Source of the DNA: Minisyncoccota bacterium
GTDB lineage: Bacteria; Patescibacteriota; Minisyncoccia; Phycocordibacterales; CSBR16-119
Assembly (NCBI GenBank): GCA_041389065.1
Contig: JAWKSM010000003.1
Coordinates: forward strand, 17,595 to 81,594
DNA: 64,000 nt
Direction of reading: 5' to 3'
Shown here: positions 10,320-20,798 of the stretch, one piece after another
Position numbering within the stretch: the first letter of the stretch is position 1
Layout: every line of letters begins with the position of its first letter
Position numbers and translations under genes: made by a program
The notes under the pieces: generated by a model
Told to the model about the DNA's origin: nothing
What the model saw: the letters and a program-made list of their open reading frames with translations, nothing else
The model's database searches: none

Positions 10320-11327
10320 TTAGCACACCGAACGTTTGTATGTATCCAAGTGCTCCAAGGCAATACCGGTTCCTTTTACAACACAGAAAGCGGATCGTCG
10401 GCAAGTCTCGCCTACTCCCAGTTCTTCGGTAAACAAGTTCTGGTAAATTTCTTGAAGCATCGAAGATCCTCCCGTCATGATTATCCCTTGATCAATTATA
10501 TCACTTGCCAGCTCTGGAGGAGTTTCTTGCAAACATCTTTAATAGCTTTTATGATAAGTTTCAATTCTTTGTCGATCGCTTGAACGATTTCGCTCTGTTG
10601 TAATTCTGGGCAGTTCTTGTAGCAAACCTTGAACAAAATCTCGTCCTTTAATAGTCGCCACCAAAGCGGCCTCTTCCAAAGTTATCGCTGAACCAATTTT
10701 AATTTTCACCTGTTCTGCAGTTCGGTCGCCAATAGCCAAGTTAAAAGTTTTTTTAATATAGTCGGCGATAGCATGATCGATTTTGTTTCCAGCACACTTC
10801 ACTGAATTTGCCGCAACAATACCGCCAAGAGAAATAACCGCCACGTCTGTTGTTCCACCGCCAATATCCACCACCATGTGACCTTTCGATTCGTGAATTG
10901 GAATTCCGGCACCAATAGCCGCCAAGATTGGCTCTTTAACAACATATGCATTTTTCGCACCAGCTTTGATCGCTGCTTCAACCACCGCTCGACGTTCTGT
11001 CGAAGTCACGCCCGCCGGAACAGAAATCATCACTTCTGGTTTTATAATATTGAAACCAAGCGCTTTATTCATAAAATATCGAAGCATGGCTTCTGTCACA
11101 CGATAATCAGCAATAACACCATCTTTCATCGGACGATACGCGATAATATTTTCTGGAGTTCGTCCAATCATTTGCTTTGCCTCAAGACCAATAGCGAGAA
11201 TTTTATTATCTTGCTCAGACACAGCCACAACAGCCGGCTCGTTTAAAACAATTCCTTTTCCAGGAACAAAAACAAGCGTATTTGCAGTCCCAAGATCTAT
11301 TCCTAATTTCTTGCTAAAAAATCCCAT
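10320..11327 (-). CDS. mreB: rod shape-determining protein MreB, with local frame breaks in the C-terminal third
   Basis: LGIDLGTANTLVF...VVDIGGGTTDVAVISLGG is the actin-fold core. The C-terminus TPPELASDIIDQGIIMTGGSS lies in a second ORF (10320..10532). Between them an alternate frame reads SEIVQAIDKELKLIIKAIKDV. Confidence 0.9.
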
Positions 11328-11417
11328 AAGTTAAAGGATTATAGCATTTTTATATTTACCCGAAAGCTCTTGACAATAAATAAAATTACGATGATTATTT
11401 TGTGTTAAAATTTAAAT

Positions 11418-12326
11418 ATGTTTCCTGAAGATAAAGAAAGAAGTCAAAAATTTATAGATACTTTAAATGAATTTGGTTTTACTAAAAAAGATATTGGTAT
11501 AGCTATTATTGATTTAAAAGAAAAAGAGCCGAAAATTTTTGGTTACAATTTTGATAAATTTATTTACCCAGCTTCTGTTTATAAAATTTTCATTGGCGCA
11601 GAGGTTCTCAGAAAAATTGATATTAGAGAATTTTCACTTGATCAAATAATTGAAATCAAAGCTCCAAACGATGTCGACAAAGATATTAATCTTTTTCCTG
11701 GCGATACACGTAAACTTTTAAAATCTGGAGAAAAATTTTCTATAAATTATTTACTTGATTTAATGCTTTCGCGAAGCGACAACACCGCTTCAAATGTTCT
11801 AATAGATTTAGTGGGAAGAGAAAATATAAATAAAAATATAATTCAAAAATACAACTGGGGCGGGAGTGAAGTTACAAGAAAATTTATAAGCAGAGAAAAA
11901 GAAGAAGAAAAATATCGACACTCTGAATCAACAAAAACATCAGCGAGACATGTCGCAGAATTTTTCTATTTAGTAGAAAAAGAAGAACTTATTTCGCCAT
12001 TTGTTTCAAATAAATTAAAGGAATATATGTTGAATTGGAATAAACATGGAAAACAAGGCTTGTCTCTTTCAGAATATACTTCATATTTTAGAAAAGGTGG
12101 ATGGTTTGAAACAAATCTTTATAAAAAAAATATTTTACCTACAGTTAAAAATATTTTTACAAAAGGCTGGGCACTAATACGTTGGAGCCATGATACAGGA
12201 GTGATAAAAGGTAAAAATTCTCACTATGTTGTTTCTGTGTTTACTATTAGCAAGCAAGTAAATCCATACAAACAATTCCCTATGGAAAAACTAGCGAGGC
12301 TGATTTTTAATTTTATGAAAAAATAG
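11418..12326 (+). CDS. class A beta-lactamase-like serine hydrolase
   Basis: SVYK (SxxK), SRSDNTASN (SDN) and KGGW (KTG-like) motifs occur in the canonical order. Confidence 0.7.
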   Translation: MFPEDKERSQKFIDTLNEFGFTKKDIGIAIIDLKEKEPKIFGYNFDKFIYPASVYKIFIGAEVLRKIDIREFSLDQIIEIKAPNDVDKDINLFPGDTRKLLKSGEKFSINYLLDLMLSRSDNTASNVLIDLVGRENINKNIIQKYNWGGSEVTRKFISREKEEEKYRHSESTKTSARHVAEFFYLVEKEELISPFVSNKLKEYMLNWNKHGKQGLSLSEYTSYFRKGGWFETNLYKKNILPTVKNIFTKGWALIRWSHDTGVIKGKNSHYVVSVFTISKQVNPYKQFPMEKLARLIFNFMKK

Positions 12327-12387
12327 CACATATACAAAAAACCATGTTTGTGTTAGATTTTTAAACGGACCAAACAAGCAAGACATC

Positions 12388-12741
12388 ATGATGCAAACAG
12401 CACTAACCCCGAACAAAGGACTCTCAGACAGCTCCTATGTATCCATGGGTATGAAAATTGAAGTTCCCAATTTCGAGATTATAACAAGTACAAACTCTGA
12501 TAAGTACAGAAGTATATCTGGGGTAAAAGATCTTGTTTTTGAATGGAAGAACGAAGACAATCAACACACCAAGACAAAACACTACGGTGAGATTGATAGG
12601 CACGTCACTTCAGCTCTTTTGAGAAATAACCTTTTTCACTATTACAACAGGATTGGCATAATATTTAAGGAAACCAAACTAAAAGAAAAGGGTGCCAAAA
12701 CGGAATACATCACGATAATAGAAATATGCGTTCGTGCATAA
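12388..12741 (+). CDS. hypothetical protein (small orphan)
   Basis: 117-aa ORF followed by a strong hairpin. I recognise no motif. Confidence 0.4.
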   Translation: MMQTALTPNKGLSDSSYVSMGMKIEVPNFEIITSTNSDKYRSISGVKDLVFEWKNEDNQHTKTKHYGEIDRHVTSALLRNNLFHYYNRIGIIFKETKLKEKGAKTEYITIIEICVRA

Positions 12742-12770
12742 ACGCCAGCGAAGAGCTGATAAGGAGAACA

Positions 12771-12791
12771 GATGCGCCCGAGGGGCGCATC
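12771..12791. terminator. bidirectional intrinsic terminator between convergent genes
   Basis: GATGCGCCC-GAG-GGGCGCATC hairpin followed by TTCTTTTT. It sits between the 12388 gene (+) and murA (-). Confidence 0.7.
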
Positions 12792-12797
12792 TTCTTT

Positions 12798-14120
12798 TTA
12801 ACTAATTTCTGCACCAAGAGCAGAAAGTCTTTCCACTATTTTTTCATAACCTCTGTGAATTTGACTTGCATTGTTTATTACACTTTCACCGTTTGCAGAA
12901 AGAGCGGCTATCAAAAGTGCCATTCCGGCACGAATATCGGGTGATGCCATATTCAAGCCAATCAAATCATTTTTTCTATTGTTTCCAATCACCGTAACTT
13001 CTTGGTGATGTGACATAACAATTTCTGCACCCATTTGATTTAAAACATCACAGAAAAGTAAACGTCTGTCGAACATACGTTGACGGAAAGTCACAGAACC
13101 TTTTGCAAAAACACTCATAACAATAAGACTACTAATATGGTCTGGAGAAAGTCCTGGCCATTTATCATCATAAATAACTCTTATACTTTTTCCACGAGCC
13201 GAAGGTGTTTGAATCGAGAATTCTTTATGTTCTGGAATAAAAAGTCCGTCTTCCCTTTCTTCTATTTTAGTGCCAAGTTTTTGAAAAATTATATTTGCAA
13301 TATCTCCAAGATGAGAAAGTTTAGCACCCTCAATCAAAATCCCATCACCGCAAACAACTGCCAAAGAAATAAGACTTCCAATTTCTATCATGTCGGGCAA
13401 AAGTTCGTGTTCTGTTCCAGAAAGTTTTTCTACTGATTTTATTTTAAGTAAATTTGTTCCAGCCCCAGAAATATTTGCACCCATTTTGTTTAACATTTTA
13501 CAAAGTTGCTCTATATATGGCTCACAAGCTGAGTTGAAAATTTCTAATTCATGTGGAGATTCTTTTTGTAAAACACTTGCAAGTATTACGTTTGCTGTTC
13601 CTGTAACCGAAGCCTCACGAAGTGTTATTCTTTTTGAATTTATTTTTTTAAATTCAATTTTTTGCAAATCAACTTCTTTTTGGAAAGTTGCGCCAATATC
13701 AACAAAACCTCGCAAGTGAGTTGTAACAGGACGAACACCAATCTTGTCTCCACCAGGCTCTTGAAGATAGCCTAGACCAAAACGTCCAAGCATGGCACCT
13801 GCAACCATGAGTGATCCTCGAAGCTTAGAAAAAGAATTGGAGAATTCCTTTGTTTGCATTTTAGAAACATCAATTCCGGAAGAATCAAAAATATACTCTC
13901 CGGGTGAAAAGTTTTCTATTTTTACACCAATAATTTTTAAAATATCAAAAAGATTTCTAATATCTAAAATATCTGGAATATTTTTTATTGTAACTTTTTC
14001 AGAAGTCAAAAGAGCCCCGGCGATAACTTGAAAGGCTTCGTTTTTTGCACCTTGTGGGCGGATTTTTCCTTTTAATTTTTTACCGCCAACTATTTTTAAA
14101 CTATCTTTAAAATCTTGCAT
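12798..14120 (-). CDS. murA: UDP-N-acetylglucosamine 1-carboxyvinyltransferase
   Basis: LKIVGGKKLKGKIRPQGAKNEA...; EPSP/MurA fold length. I prefer the start at the ATG at 14120, because the ORF's 5' extension overlaps the upstream gene. Confidence 0.9.
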   Translation of the reverse strand: MQDFKDSLKIVGGKKLKGKIRPQGAKNEAFQVIAGALLTSEKVTIKNIPDILDIRNLFDILKIIGVKIENFSPGEYIFDSSGIDVSKMQTKEFSNSFSKLRGSLMVAGAMLGRFGLGYLQEPGGDKIGVRPVTTHLRGFVDIGATFQKEVDLQKIEFKKINSKRITLREASVTGTANVILASVLQKESPHELEIFNSACEPYIEQLCKMLNKMGANISGAGTNLLKIKSVEKLSGTEHELLPDMIEIGSLISLAVVCGDGILIEGAKLSHLGDIANIIFQKLGTKIEEREDGLFIPEHKEFSIQTPSARGKSIRVIYDDKWPGLSPDHISSLIVMSVFAKGSVTFRQRMFDRRLLFCDVLNQMGAEIVMSHHQEVTVIGNNRKNDLIGLNMASPDIRAGMALLIAALSANGESVINNASQIHRGYEKIVERLSALGAEIS

Positions 14121-14121
14121 T

Positions 14122-14883
14122 TTACTTTTTAAAACTAAAGTATTTTTTAATGTCGTTTTCGTTTTCTTTTTTGAATTTTTCAAATTCTTCAACGCTTTTT
14201 ATATTTTCGCTTAAATTCGCACTTTTTTGAAGACCTAAAACTTTTGCAGGATCGATAACGATAATATTTCCCTTTTCATCACGAAATTCAAGTTGAAGAT
14301 GAAGATGCACGTGAACACCTTCTGAAATCCCAGAACTTCCCATCCCGCCCAAAACATCTGTTTTTTTAATTTCAATACTTGGATAATGATTAAAACTAAT
14401 TTGCCTTAACATTTTTTGATATGAAGAAAATTTCACCGCAGTGTTTTTCAAATGCATATAAATAGAATAAAGTTTGAAACCATCTTCTGTTACAACATTT
14501 GGATGAGAAAGAAAAACATAATTTCCGTTTACAAGACCAAAACCAGAATATTCTAAAATCCCATCCAAAATTGGAGTCACCTGAGTTTTTGACTTATCAC
14601 TAATATCAAGTCCTAGATGAAAATAATTTGGTTCAAGTTTTATCGGATGAAAACGAAAACCAAAATATCCAAAATATGGATTTATTTTTTCTTGTGCATC
14701 CAAAACAGGAAAAGAAAAATCAAATCGTGAAGTTAGAGCTCCATAAAAAGCTTCCCAAAATTCATTATATTCTTCGTCTGGAACCAAGTGTTTGTCTTTT
14801 CCAGCATCAGCCCCGGGGCGACTTTTAACTCTTTCAAAATGGCAGGTAAAAATTTCATTGGTCAATTTTAGCATAAATGTCAA
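14122..14883 (-). CDS. M23 family metallopeptidase
   Basis: HLGLDI (HxxxD) and GVHVHLHLQ (HxH) motifs. Confidence 0.8.
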   Translation of the reverse strand: MTFMLKLTNEIFTCHFERVKSRPGADAGKDKHLVPDEEYNEFWEAFYGALTSRFDFSFPVLDAQEKINPYFGYFGFRFHPIKLEPNYFHLGLDISDKSKTQVTPILDGILEYSGFGLVNGNYVFLSHPNVVTEDGFKLYSIYMHLKNTAVKFSSYQKMLRQISFNHYPSIEIKKTDVLGGMGSSGISEGVHVHLHLQLEFRDEKGNIIVIDPAKVLGLQKSANLSENIKSVEEFEKFKKENENDIKKYFSFKK

Positions 14884-14921
14884 TCTGTCTAAAACAATTT
14901 ATTTAATGCTAAAATGCAGGT

Positions 14922-16803
14922 ATGAAGATAGTTACTATTGTCCCGTTTGTAAAAGCTTTAAATGCAGAAAAATTAACATATTTTTCTGGCAAAGAAATAT
15001 CTGTGGGAGACATTGTAACTGCGCCCCTCAGGAACAAAGAAATCGAAGGAATGGTTTTGCAAGTCGAAGATATTAGCGCCCAAAAGGGTGATATAAAAGA
15101 AGCGGATTTTAATCTAAAAAAAATAATAAAAATAAAAGGAAGTTCTGTCTTTCTTCCATCTTTTTTAAAATCGTGCGATTTGTAAAAGACTATTTTGTCG
15201 CCAGCACCGGACAAGTTTTAAATACTCTTGTGCCATCTTTACTTTTTACAAACTATCAAGAAATAAATAAAAAAAGTGTTAATGATCATGTTCGTGGACC
15301 ACTCGCCAGAGAAAAATATTCTTTTCAAGCGCCGACAGAAGACAGGCTCGTTATTTTCAAAACATATATTCGAGAATCTTTTGCAAAAAAAGAATCTGTG
15401 TATTTGTGCTTTCCAAATATAAGCGACGCAAAATATTTTTACGAATCTCTTCAAAAAGGAATTCGAAGAATATTCTTTTTTAATCCACGGCGGCTCTTCA
15501 AAAAAAGAATTTATAGAAAAATATAATAAAATAGTCGATAGCGAACACCCTGTTGTTATTTTCTCGACGCCGAGCTTCTTTTTTGTACCGAGAAATGATT
15601 TTGGAACAATAATAATAGAAAGAGAAAGTTCTGGTGGATATGTTTCTCTTCAAAAACCATACTTAGATGCTCGAATTTTTGCCGAAGCTCTTTCATATGA
15701 ACAAAATACAAAAATAATTTTTGCAGATTCAATCTTGCGAACAGAAACGATTTGGAAAACAAGAACTGGAGAGCTTTCAGAATTTCGTCCATTACTAGAC
15801 TTCCAGAAAAAAGAAGAGGAGGAAATAATTGACATGAAAGAAAACAAAAACAAAAGACTTTCAAATTATTTCAAAAAAGTTTTTTCAAAAAATTAAACAA
15901 ACAATGCAAAACGGAAGCAGAATATTTTTATTCACGCTTCGAAAGGGCTATGCGACAACAACAATCTGCAACGACTGCGGGACTGTTGTCACTGAAAACG
16001 GCGAACCAGTTATTTTATACGAAGACCGAGAAAAAGGAATTAGATATTTCAAAACAATAAAAACCAAAAAATCAGCGCTGAAAAACTTTGTGAAAATTGC
16101 GGGTGGATGGAATTTAGCGACTCTCGGAATTGGAACTCAGAAAGTTTATGAAGAGGTTTTAAAAATTGCCGAAAAAGAAAGAGTTTTTTTGATGGACAAA
16201 GAAACTGTAAAATCAGAAAAAGATGCTGAAAAGATAATGAAGGCGTTTGAAAGTACGCCAGGATCAATTTTGATTGGAACTGAACTTGCTTTTTTCTATG
16301 CAAAACAAGAAATTGAAAATGTGGCTGTTATTTCTTTTGATAGTCTTTTCAATATTCCAAACTACAACATTTACGAAAAAATTATTGATCTGATTGTTCT
16401 ATTAAATTCATACACAAAAAAGAGTCTTTTGGTTCAAACACGAAATCCTGATGAAAAAGTTTTACTCTCATATAAAAAACAGAAATCTTTTACAATTTTA
16501 CAAAGACGATATTGAAAATAGAAAAAAATATAACTATCCGCCTTTTTATACAATTATAAAAGTCGGTTGCGTTGGAAATTTAGAAGAAAAAGAAAATATA
16601 AAAGAATATTTAAACGAATCATATAAAGATTACAAACCGATAATCCAAGAAACCAGGACCGGAAAACAGAGTTCACTGTCACAATGATAATCAAAATTGA
16701 ACGAAGTTTGTGGTCAAATCAAATACTCTCACCAGACGGAAAACAAGACAAAGAACTGTTTAAAAAACTAAGGTCTCTTCCTCTTATTGGTCTATTTGGA
16801 TAA
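14922..16803 (+). pseudogene. priA: primosomal protein N' (PriA-like); multiply frame-broken as sequenced
   Basis: The N-terminal fragment reads SVGDIVTAPLRNKEIEGMVL. Later fragments read ICNDCGTVV..., GTQKVYEEV, ILIGTELAF and NYPPFYTIIKV, spread over at least five ORF pieces in three frames. Confidence 0.7.
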
Positions 16804-16879
16804 ACCCAGTTCAGCTTTTGTAATACCCACTATTTGGGCCTTGCATTAGTTAAGATACTATGTTAATCTTTCGAAACAT

Positions 16880-17101
16880 ATGGCAAAAGCATTACTACAA
16901 GTAGCAAAACAAGGAGAAAATAGCGCAAGTTTAATGCGTCGATTTTCACGTAAAGCAGCGGATTCTGGTTTAGTTAAGAAAGTTCGATCACTTAGATACG
17001 CAGAAAGAAAAACTATCAGCATTCGTACTAAAGAAAAACGCTTTGAAAAGAATTGGAAAAACAAGCAGAACGAGAACATCTGCAAAAAATGGGTAAAATA
17101 A
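16880..17101 (+). CDS. rpsU: 30S ribosomal protein S21
   Basis: SLMRRFSRKAADSGLVKKVRSLRYAERK matches the S21 RRFKR...YEKP pattern. The C-terminal frame is uncertain. Confidence 0.65.
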   Translation: MAKALLQVAKQGENSASLMRRFSRKAADSGLVKKVRSLRYAERKTISIRTKEKRFEKNWKNKQNENICKKWVK

Positions 17102-17165
17102 AGTAATGGAAACTAAAGAGGCTAAAAATTCGATAATAAAAGAATGACAAAAGGCAAGCTCAAGC

Positions 17166-17510
17166 TTGCCTTTTGTTCGTATAAAAAATGAAATTCTTGG
17201 AAAAGAATATTCTTTGAGTATTGTTTTTGTTGATATCAAAACAATCGAAAGTTTGAGTAAACAATTTAAAGGAAATAAAGATCATAAAAATATTTTAAGC
17301 TTCCCTTTAGACAAAGACACAGGAGAAATTATTTTAAATCTCGGGACAATAAGAACAGAAGCAAAGAATTTTGATAAAAAATATTTAGAATATTTGGGGT
17401 TTTTAGTTATCCACGGAATGCTGCATTTGAAGGGAATGACACATGGTAGTAAAATGGAAGCGAGGAAAGTTTGTAAAGATGTTTCATCTTTAATTTTTTC
17501 TTTGTTTTAA
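17166..17510 (+). CDS. ybeY: rRNA maturation endoribonuclease YbeY
   Basis: HGMLHLKGMTH is the HxxxHxxGxxH zinc motif. The start is a non-ATG (TTG) codon and is uncertain. Confidence 0.8.
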   Translation: MPFVRIKNEILGKEYSLSIVFVDIKTIESLSKQFKGNKDHKNILSFPLDKDTGEIILNLGTIRTEAKNFDKKYLEYLGFLVIHGMLHLKGMTHGSKMEARKVCKDVSSLIFSLF

Positions 17511-17516
17511 ATTTCA

Positions 17517-18680
17517 ATGTCAAAAAATATAACAGTTGGAATTGATCTTGGAAGTCACTTGGTAAAAGTGATGGTTGTTGAGCATTTGAAAGAAAGAGAT
17601 AAAAAAACTTCTAGAATTATCGGCACAGGAAAATCTGAAGCCAGAGGAATTAAAAACGGCTACATAAATCAACCAGAAGAAGTGGTTCGAAGTATAATGA
17701 AGGCTTTGCGTGAAGCAGAACACAGATCAGGAATAAAAATACGCCAAGCAACTTTGGCTGTTGGTGGAGTAAGCCTTGAATCTAAGCTCGCAAAAGGAAC
17801 AGCGATAATTTCTCGCGCAGACAACGAAGTTTCTTCTCTCGATGTTCAAAACGCCGTCAGAGAAAGTGAGCAAGGTCTCAAACTTTTAAATAGACACGTT
17901 ATAGACTCTATTCCCTACGTTTACAAACTCGATGGAAAAGATTTATTTGGAAGACCAGAAGGACTTCGTGGAGTAAAACTCGAAGTTACAAGTCTTTTTG
18001 TAACTTGTATAAATCAACATTTGGAAGCTTTGGTAAATTCTGTAAACAATGCAGGCGTGGATGTTGTGGACGTAATAGCAGCGCCGCTCGCATCGAGTGT
18101 GGCTGTTTTGTCGGCTCAGCAAAAAACAGCAGGTTGTATTTTGGTTGATATTGGTTCTGAAACCGTTTCTCTTTCTGTTTTTGAAGATGGAGATATTATT
18201 TCGATAAAAGTTCTTCCTCTTGGTGGAATGGATATAACAAAAGATTTGGCACTTGGGCTTAAAATAAGTTTGGACGAAGCAGAGAAAATTAAAAAAGGAG
18301 AAATTACTGGAAACTTTAGTCAAAGAGAAGTTGAAGAAATTGCCGAAGCTAGAATTACAGAATTTTTTGAAATTATTCAAAAGTTTTTGAAAAAGATAAA
18401 CAAAGATGGAAGATTGGCCGGTGGGGCTATTATTGTCGGCGGTGCAACAAACAACGAAATGACAGAAAGAATTGCAAAAGATATTTTAAATTTACCTATC
18501 ACAATGGCGGGATCTATTGGTTCTGGAGTTTTGAAAGATCCTGCTTGGTATGTTGTTTATGGGCTTTGTATGTCTGGAAAATATAATCAAGGCCATAACA
18601 GCTACTCAAACCCTTTTGTAAAAATAATGAAATCAATTGGAGATTTTTTCAAAAATATCGCAAAACAACTAATGCCATAA
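17517..18680 (+). CDS. ftsA: cell division protein FtsA
   Basis: Actin-like ATPase: VGIDLGSHLVKV...ILVDIGSETVSLSVF. It lies immediately upstream of ftsZ. Confidence 0.9.
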   Translation: MSKNITVGIDLGSHLVKVMVVEHLKERDKKTSRIIGTGKSEARGIKNGYINQPEEVVRSIMKALREAEHRSGIKIRQATLAVGGVSLESKLAKGTAIISRADNEVSSLDVQNAVRESEQGLKLLNRHVIDSIPYVYKLDGKDLFGRPEGLRGVKLEVTSLFVTCINQHLEALVNSVNNAGVDVVDVIAAPLASSVAVLSAQQKTAGCILVDIGSETVSLSVFEDGDIISIKVLPLGGMDITKDLALGLKISLDEAEKIKKGEITGNFSQREVEEIAEARITEFFEIIQKFLKKINKDGRLAGGAIIVGGATNNEMTERIAKDILNLPITMAGSIGSGVLKDPAWYVVYGLCMSGKYNQGHNSYSNPFVKIMKSIGDFFKNIAKQLMP

Positions 18681-18749
18681 AGCAGCTTTTAGCCTTTAGA
18701 AGTTAGCTTTTTAGTAAAAGAGCGCGGGCCTGACCGCGCTCTATATTTA

Positions 18750-18789
18750 ATATCTAAATTCTATCGATATATCGACAGAATTTAGATAT
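18750..18789. repeat. 40-nt near-perfect palindrome with a TCGATATATCGA apex (family member)
   Basis: ATATCTAAATTCTATCGATATATCGACAGAATTTAGATAT, with one mismatched pair. It lies in the ftsA-ftsZ spacer. Confidence 0.9.
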
Positions 18790-18924
18790 GGGCATTTTAG
18801 AAGCCCGGCGCCCCTTTCTCACTAAAAACATACAAAAACAACAAACCTGTCAACCCTTTCCCCTATTTTGCCTTTTCTGGTATTATGTTTGAACACGATT
18901 ATTACTAGAAATTCGAATTCACAT

Positions 18925-20146
18925 ATGGCAAAAATTACAACTGATGTCGAAACATTTGCGAGAATAAAGGTTGTTGGTGTTGGTGGTTCAGGATGCAACG
19001 CGGTAAATCACATGATTGCTTCTAAAGTTAAAGAAGTTGGCTTTATCGTGATGAATACTGATACCCAAGACTTACACAAATCTCTTGCAGAAAGAAAATC
19101 CACTTAGGAAAAATTTAACAAAAGGTTTGGGAGCTGGAATGAATCCAGAGATTGGAAAGAAGGCTGCTGAAGAAACAAAATCAGAAATTCAAGATATCTT
19201 GAAAGGTACTGATATGGTTTTTATCGCTTGTGGTATGGGTGGTGGAACAGGAACAGGTGCAGCGCCAATAGTTGCAAGAGCTGCAAAAGAACAAGGAATC
19301 TTAACTGTTGCCGTTGTTACAAAACCATTTTTTTTCGAAGGGCAACACAGACTTCGACTTGCAGAACAAGGAATCAAAGAACTTGAAAAAGAAGTTGATG
19401 CAATAGTTATAATTCCAAACGACAGACTTTCTGCAATCACAGAAAAAGAAACAACTCTGAAAGACGCATTTGCCATGTGCGACGACATTTTGCGACAAGC
19501 TGTTGAAGGAATTTCAGACCTCATCACAACTCCAGGTATTATCAACGTCGACTTTGCCGATATTAAAGCTATTATGTCAGACGCTGGTTCAGCTCTTATG
19601 GGAATCGGAAGAGCGGCCGGAGACAACAGAGCAGAAGAAGCTGCCCTTCGAGCAATCAACTCACCACTACTTGAAATATCTATCAACGGCGCACGAGGAG
19701 TTTTGTTCTCTGTTGCTGGTGGTGACGATCTTGGACTTCAAGAAGTTCAATCAGCCGCAAAGATTATTACAGAATCAATCGACAAAGATGCTCGTGTTAT
19801 TTTCGGAACAACTCGCGACGAAAAACTAAAGAAAGGAGAAATCCAAATTACAGTTATTGCGACTGGCTTCCCTACTGGAAGTCCTAAAAAAACAATCACT
19901 CAATCTCAAAACGAAGTTAATATCCAAAAACAACTAAGTTCACTGAAAGAAGAAACTAAAGATGAGGTTATAACAAAACCGAAAAAAGGAATTGAAGAAT
20001 TCGAACTGGACGATATAATGCCAGCAAAACATTCAAAAGATCCTATTGAAATTATCGATGGTGACGCCTTCGATGATGACGAAGATGAAGACGACGACAA
20101 AGATGACTGGAGCGCAGTCCCAGCATTCCTTAGAAGGAAGAAATAA
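18925..20146 (+). CDS. ftsZ: cell division protein FtsZ, with two 1-nt frame breaks near 19090-19110
   Basis: [12 protein letters not shown]...MNTD in ORF 18868..19107 and [11 protein letters not shown]...[12 protein letters not shown] in ORF 19085..20146. The middle frame reads KIHLGK between two A-runs. Confidence 0.95.
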
Positions 20147-20183
20147 GATAGCTGTTAGTGGTTAGGCTTTAGCCACTAGCCAA

Positions 20184-20207
20184 GAAAACCGCCTCACGGC
20201 GGTTTTC
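20184..20207 (+). terminator. intrinsic terminator after ftsZ
   Basis: GAAAACCGCC-TCAC-GGCGGTTTTC followed by TTT. Confidence 0.7.
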
Positions 20208-20270
20208 TTTATATTGACAATTTGTGTTTTTAAGATTAAATTAATATTAAACGAACCAAAACCTTCACAA

Positions 20271-20671
20271 ATGAAAAACCCGATTTTATCCTTACTAATA
20301 CAGGTGGTGATGACAATAATCGCCGTCTTTATCCTCTTGTTTACGCTTAATCAGCTTGATAATCAAAAAAAGAAGTTCAGCGCCTACACAAAAAGAACCA
20401 AGAACTTCAGAATGAGCTGAACCTGTGTGCGGTGAAAAAAGTCGCCACTACTGGTCGCGTGACCGCGGTAAAAGAAAATGGTTTCAACGGTGGTTACGGA
20501 GATATGGTGGGCCCATCTCTTGACACGATCTTTAATCAAATCCAGTACAGATATGACGTCCTATTGGGTAAAAGAAATGGATCTGTGAGAGTTTCCCCGG
20601 GATTAGTATTGCACCGCTACGGTAGAGCATATATTTACGAGGCTGTTGACGACAAGCTCTACGGAAACTGA
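20271..20671 (+). CDS. small TM plus coiled-coil protein, split into two ORFs at an A7 run
   Basis: MKNPILSLLIQVVMTIIAVFILLF is a TM segment. One extra A in the run at 20365-20371 would fuse it in frame to EVQRLHKKNQELQNELN...VKKVATTGRV (ORF 20432..20671). Confidence 0.5.
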
Positions 20672-20698
20672 AGTCATTAAACCGGCCCTGACAACGCA

Positions 20699-20722
20699 GA
20701 ACCCCGCACACCAGCGGGGTTC
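20699..20722 (+). terminator. intrinsic terminator
   Basis: GAACCCCGC-ACACCA-GCGGGGTTC followed by TTTT. Confidence 0.75.
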
Positions 20723-20798
20723 TTTTCGTTTATGCTATAATACAAAAGTTATAATTTAAATAAGCTAAAGGCCAAAAGCTGAAAGCTAAAATCTAACA

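Noticed and set aside
14121-14192. A 24-codon N-terminal extension of murA overlapping the M23 peptidase gene.
   Set aside because: The extension is Lys-rich low complexity and overlaps the upstream gene's 3' end. The ATG at 14120 gives a canonical MurA N-terminus.
19189-19686. Long antisense or shadow ORFs inside real genes. Examples are 19189..19686 in ftsZ, 51894..52370 in clpB, 13080..13719 in murA, 41588..41986 in rel and 32039..33040 in tsaD.
   Set aside because: They overlap well-supported genes on the opposite strand, have low-complexity or biased composition, and carry no motifs. They are typical of AT-rich genomes.
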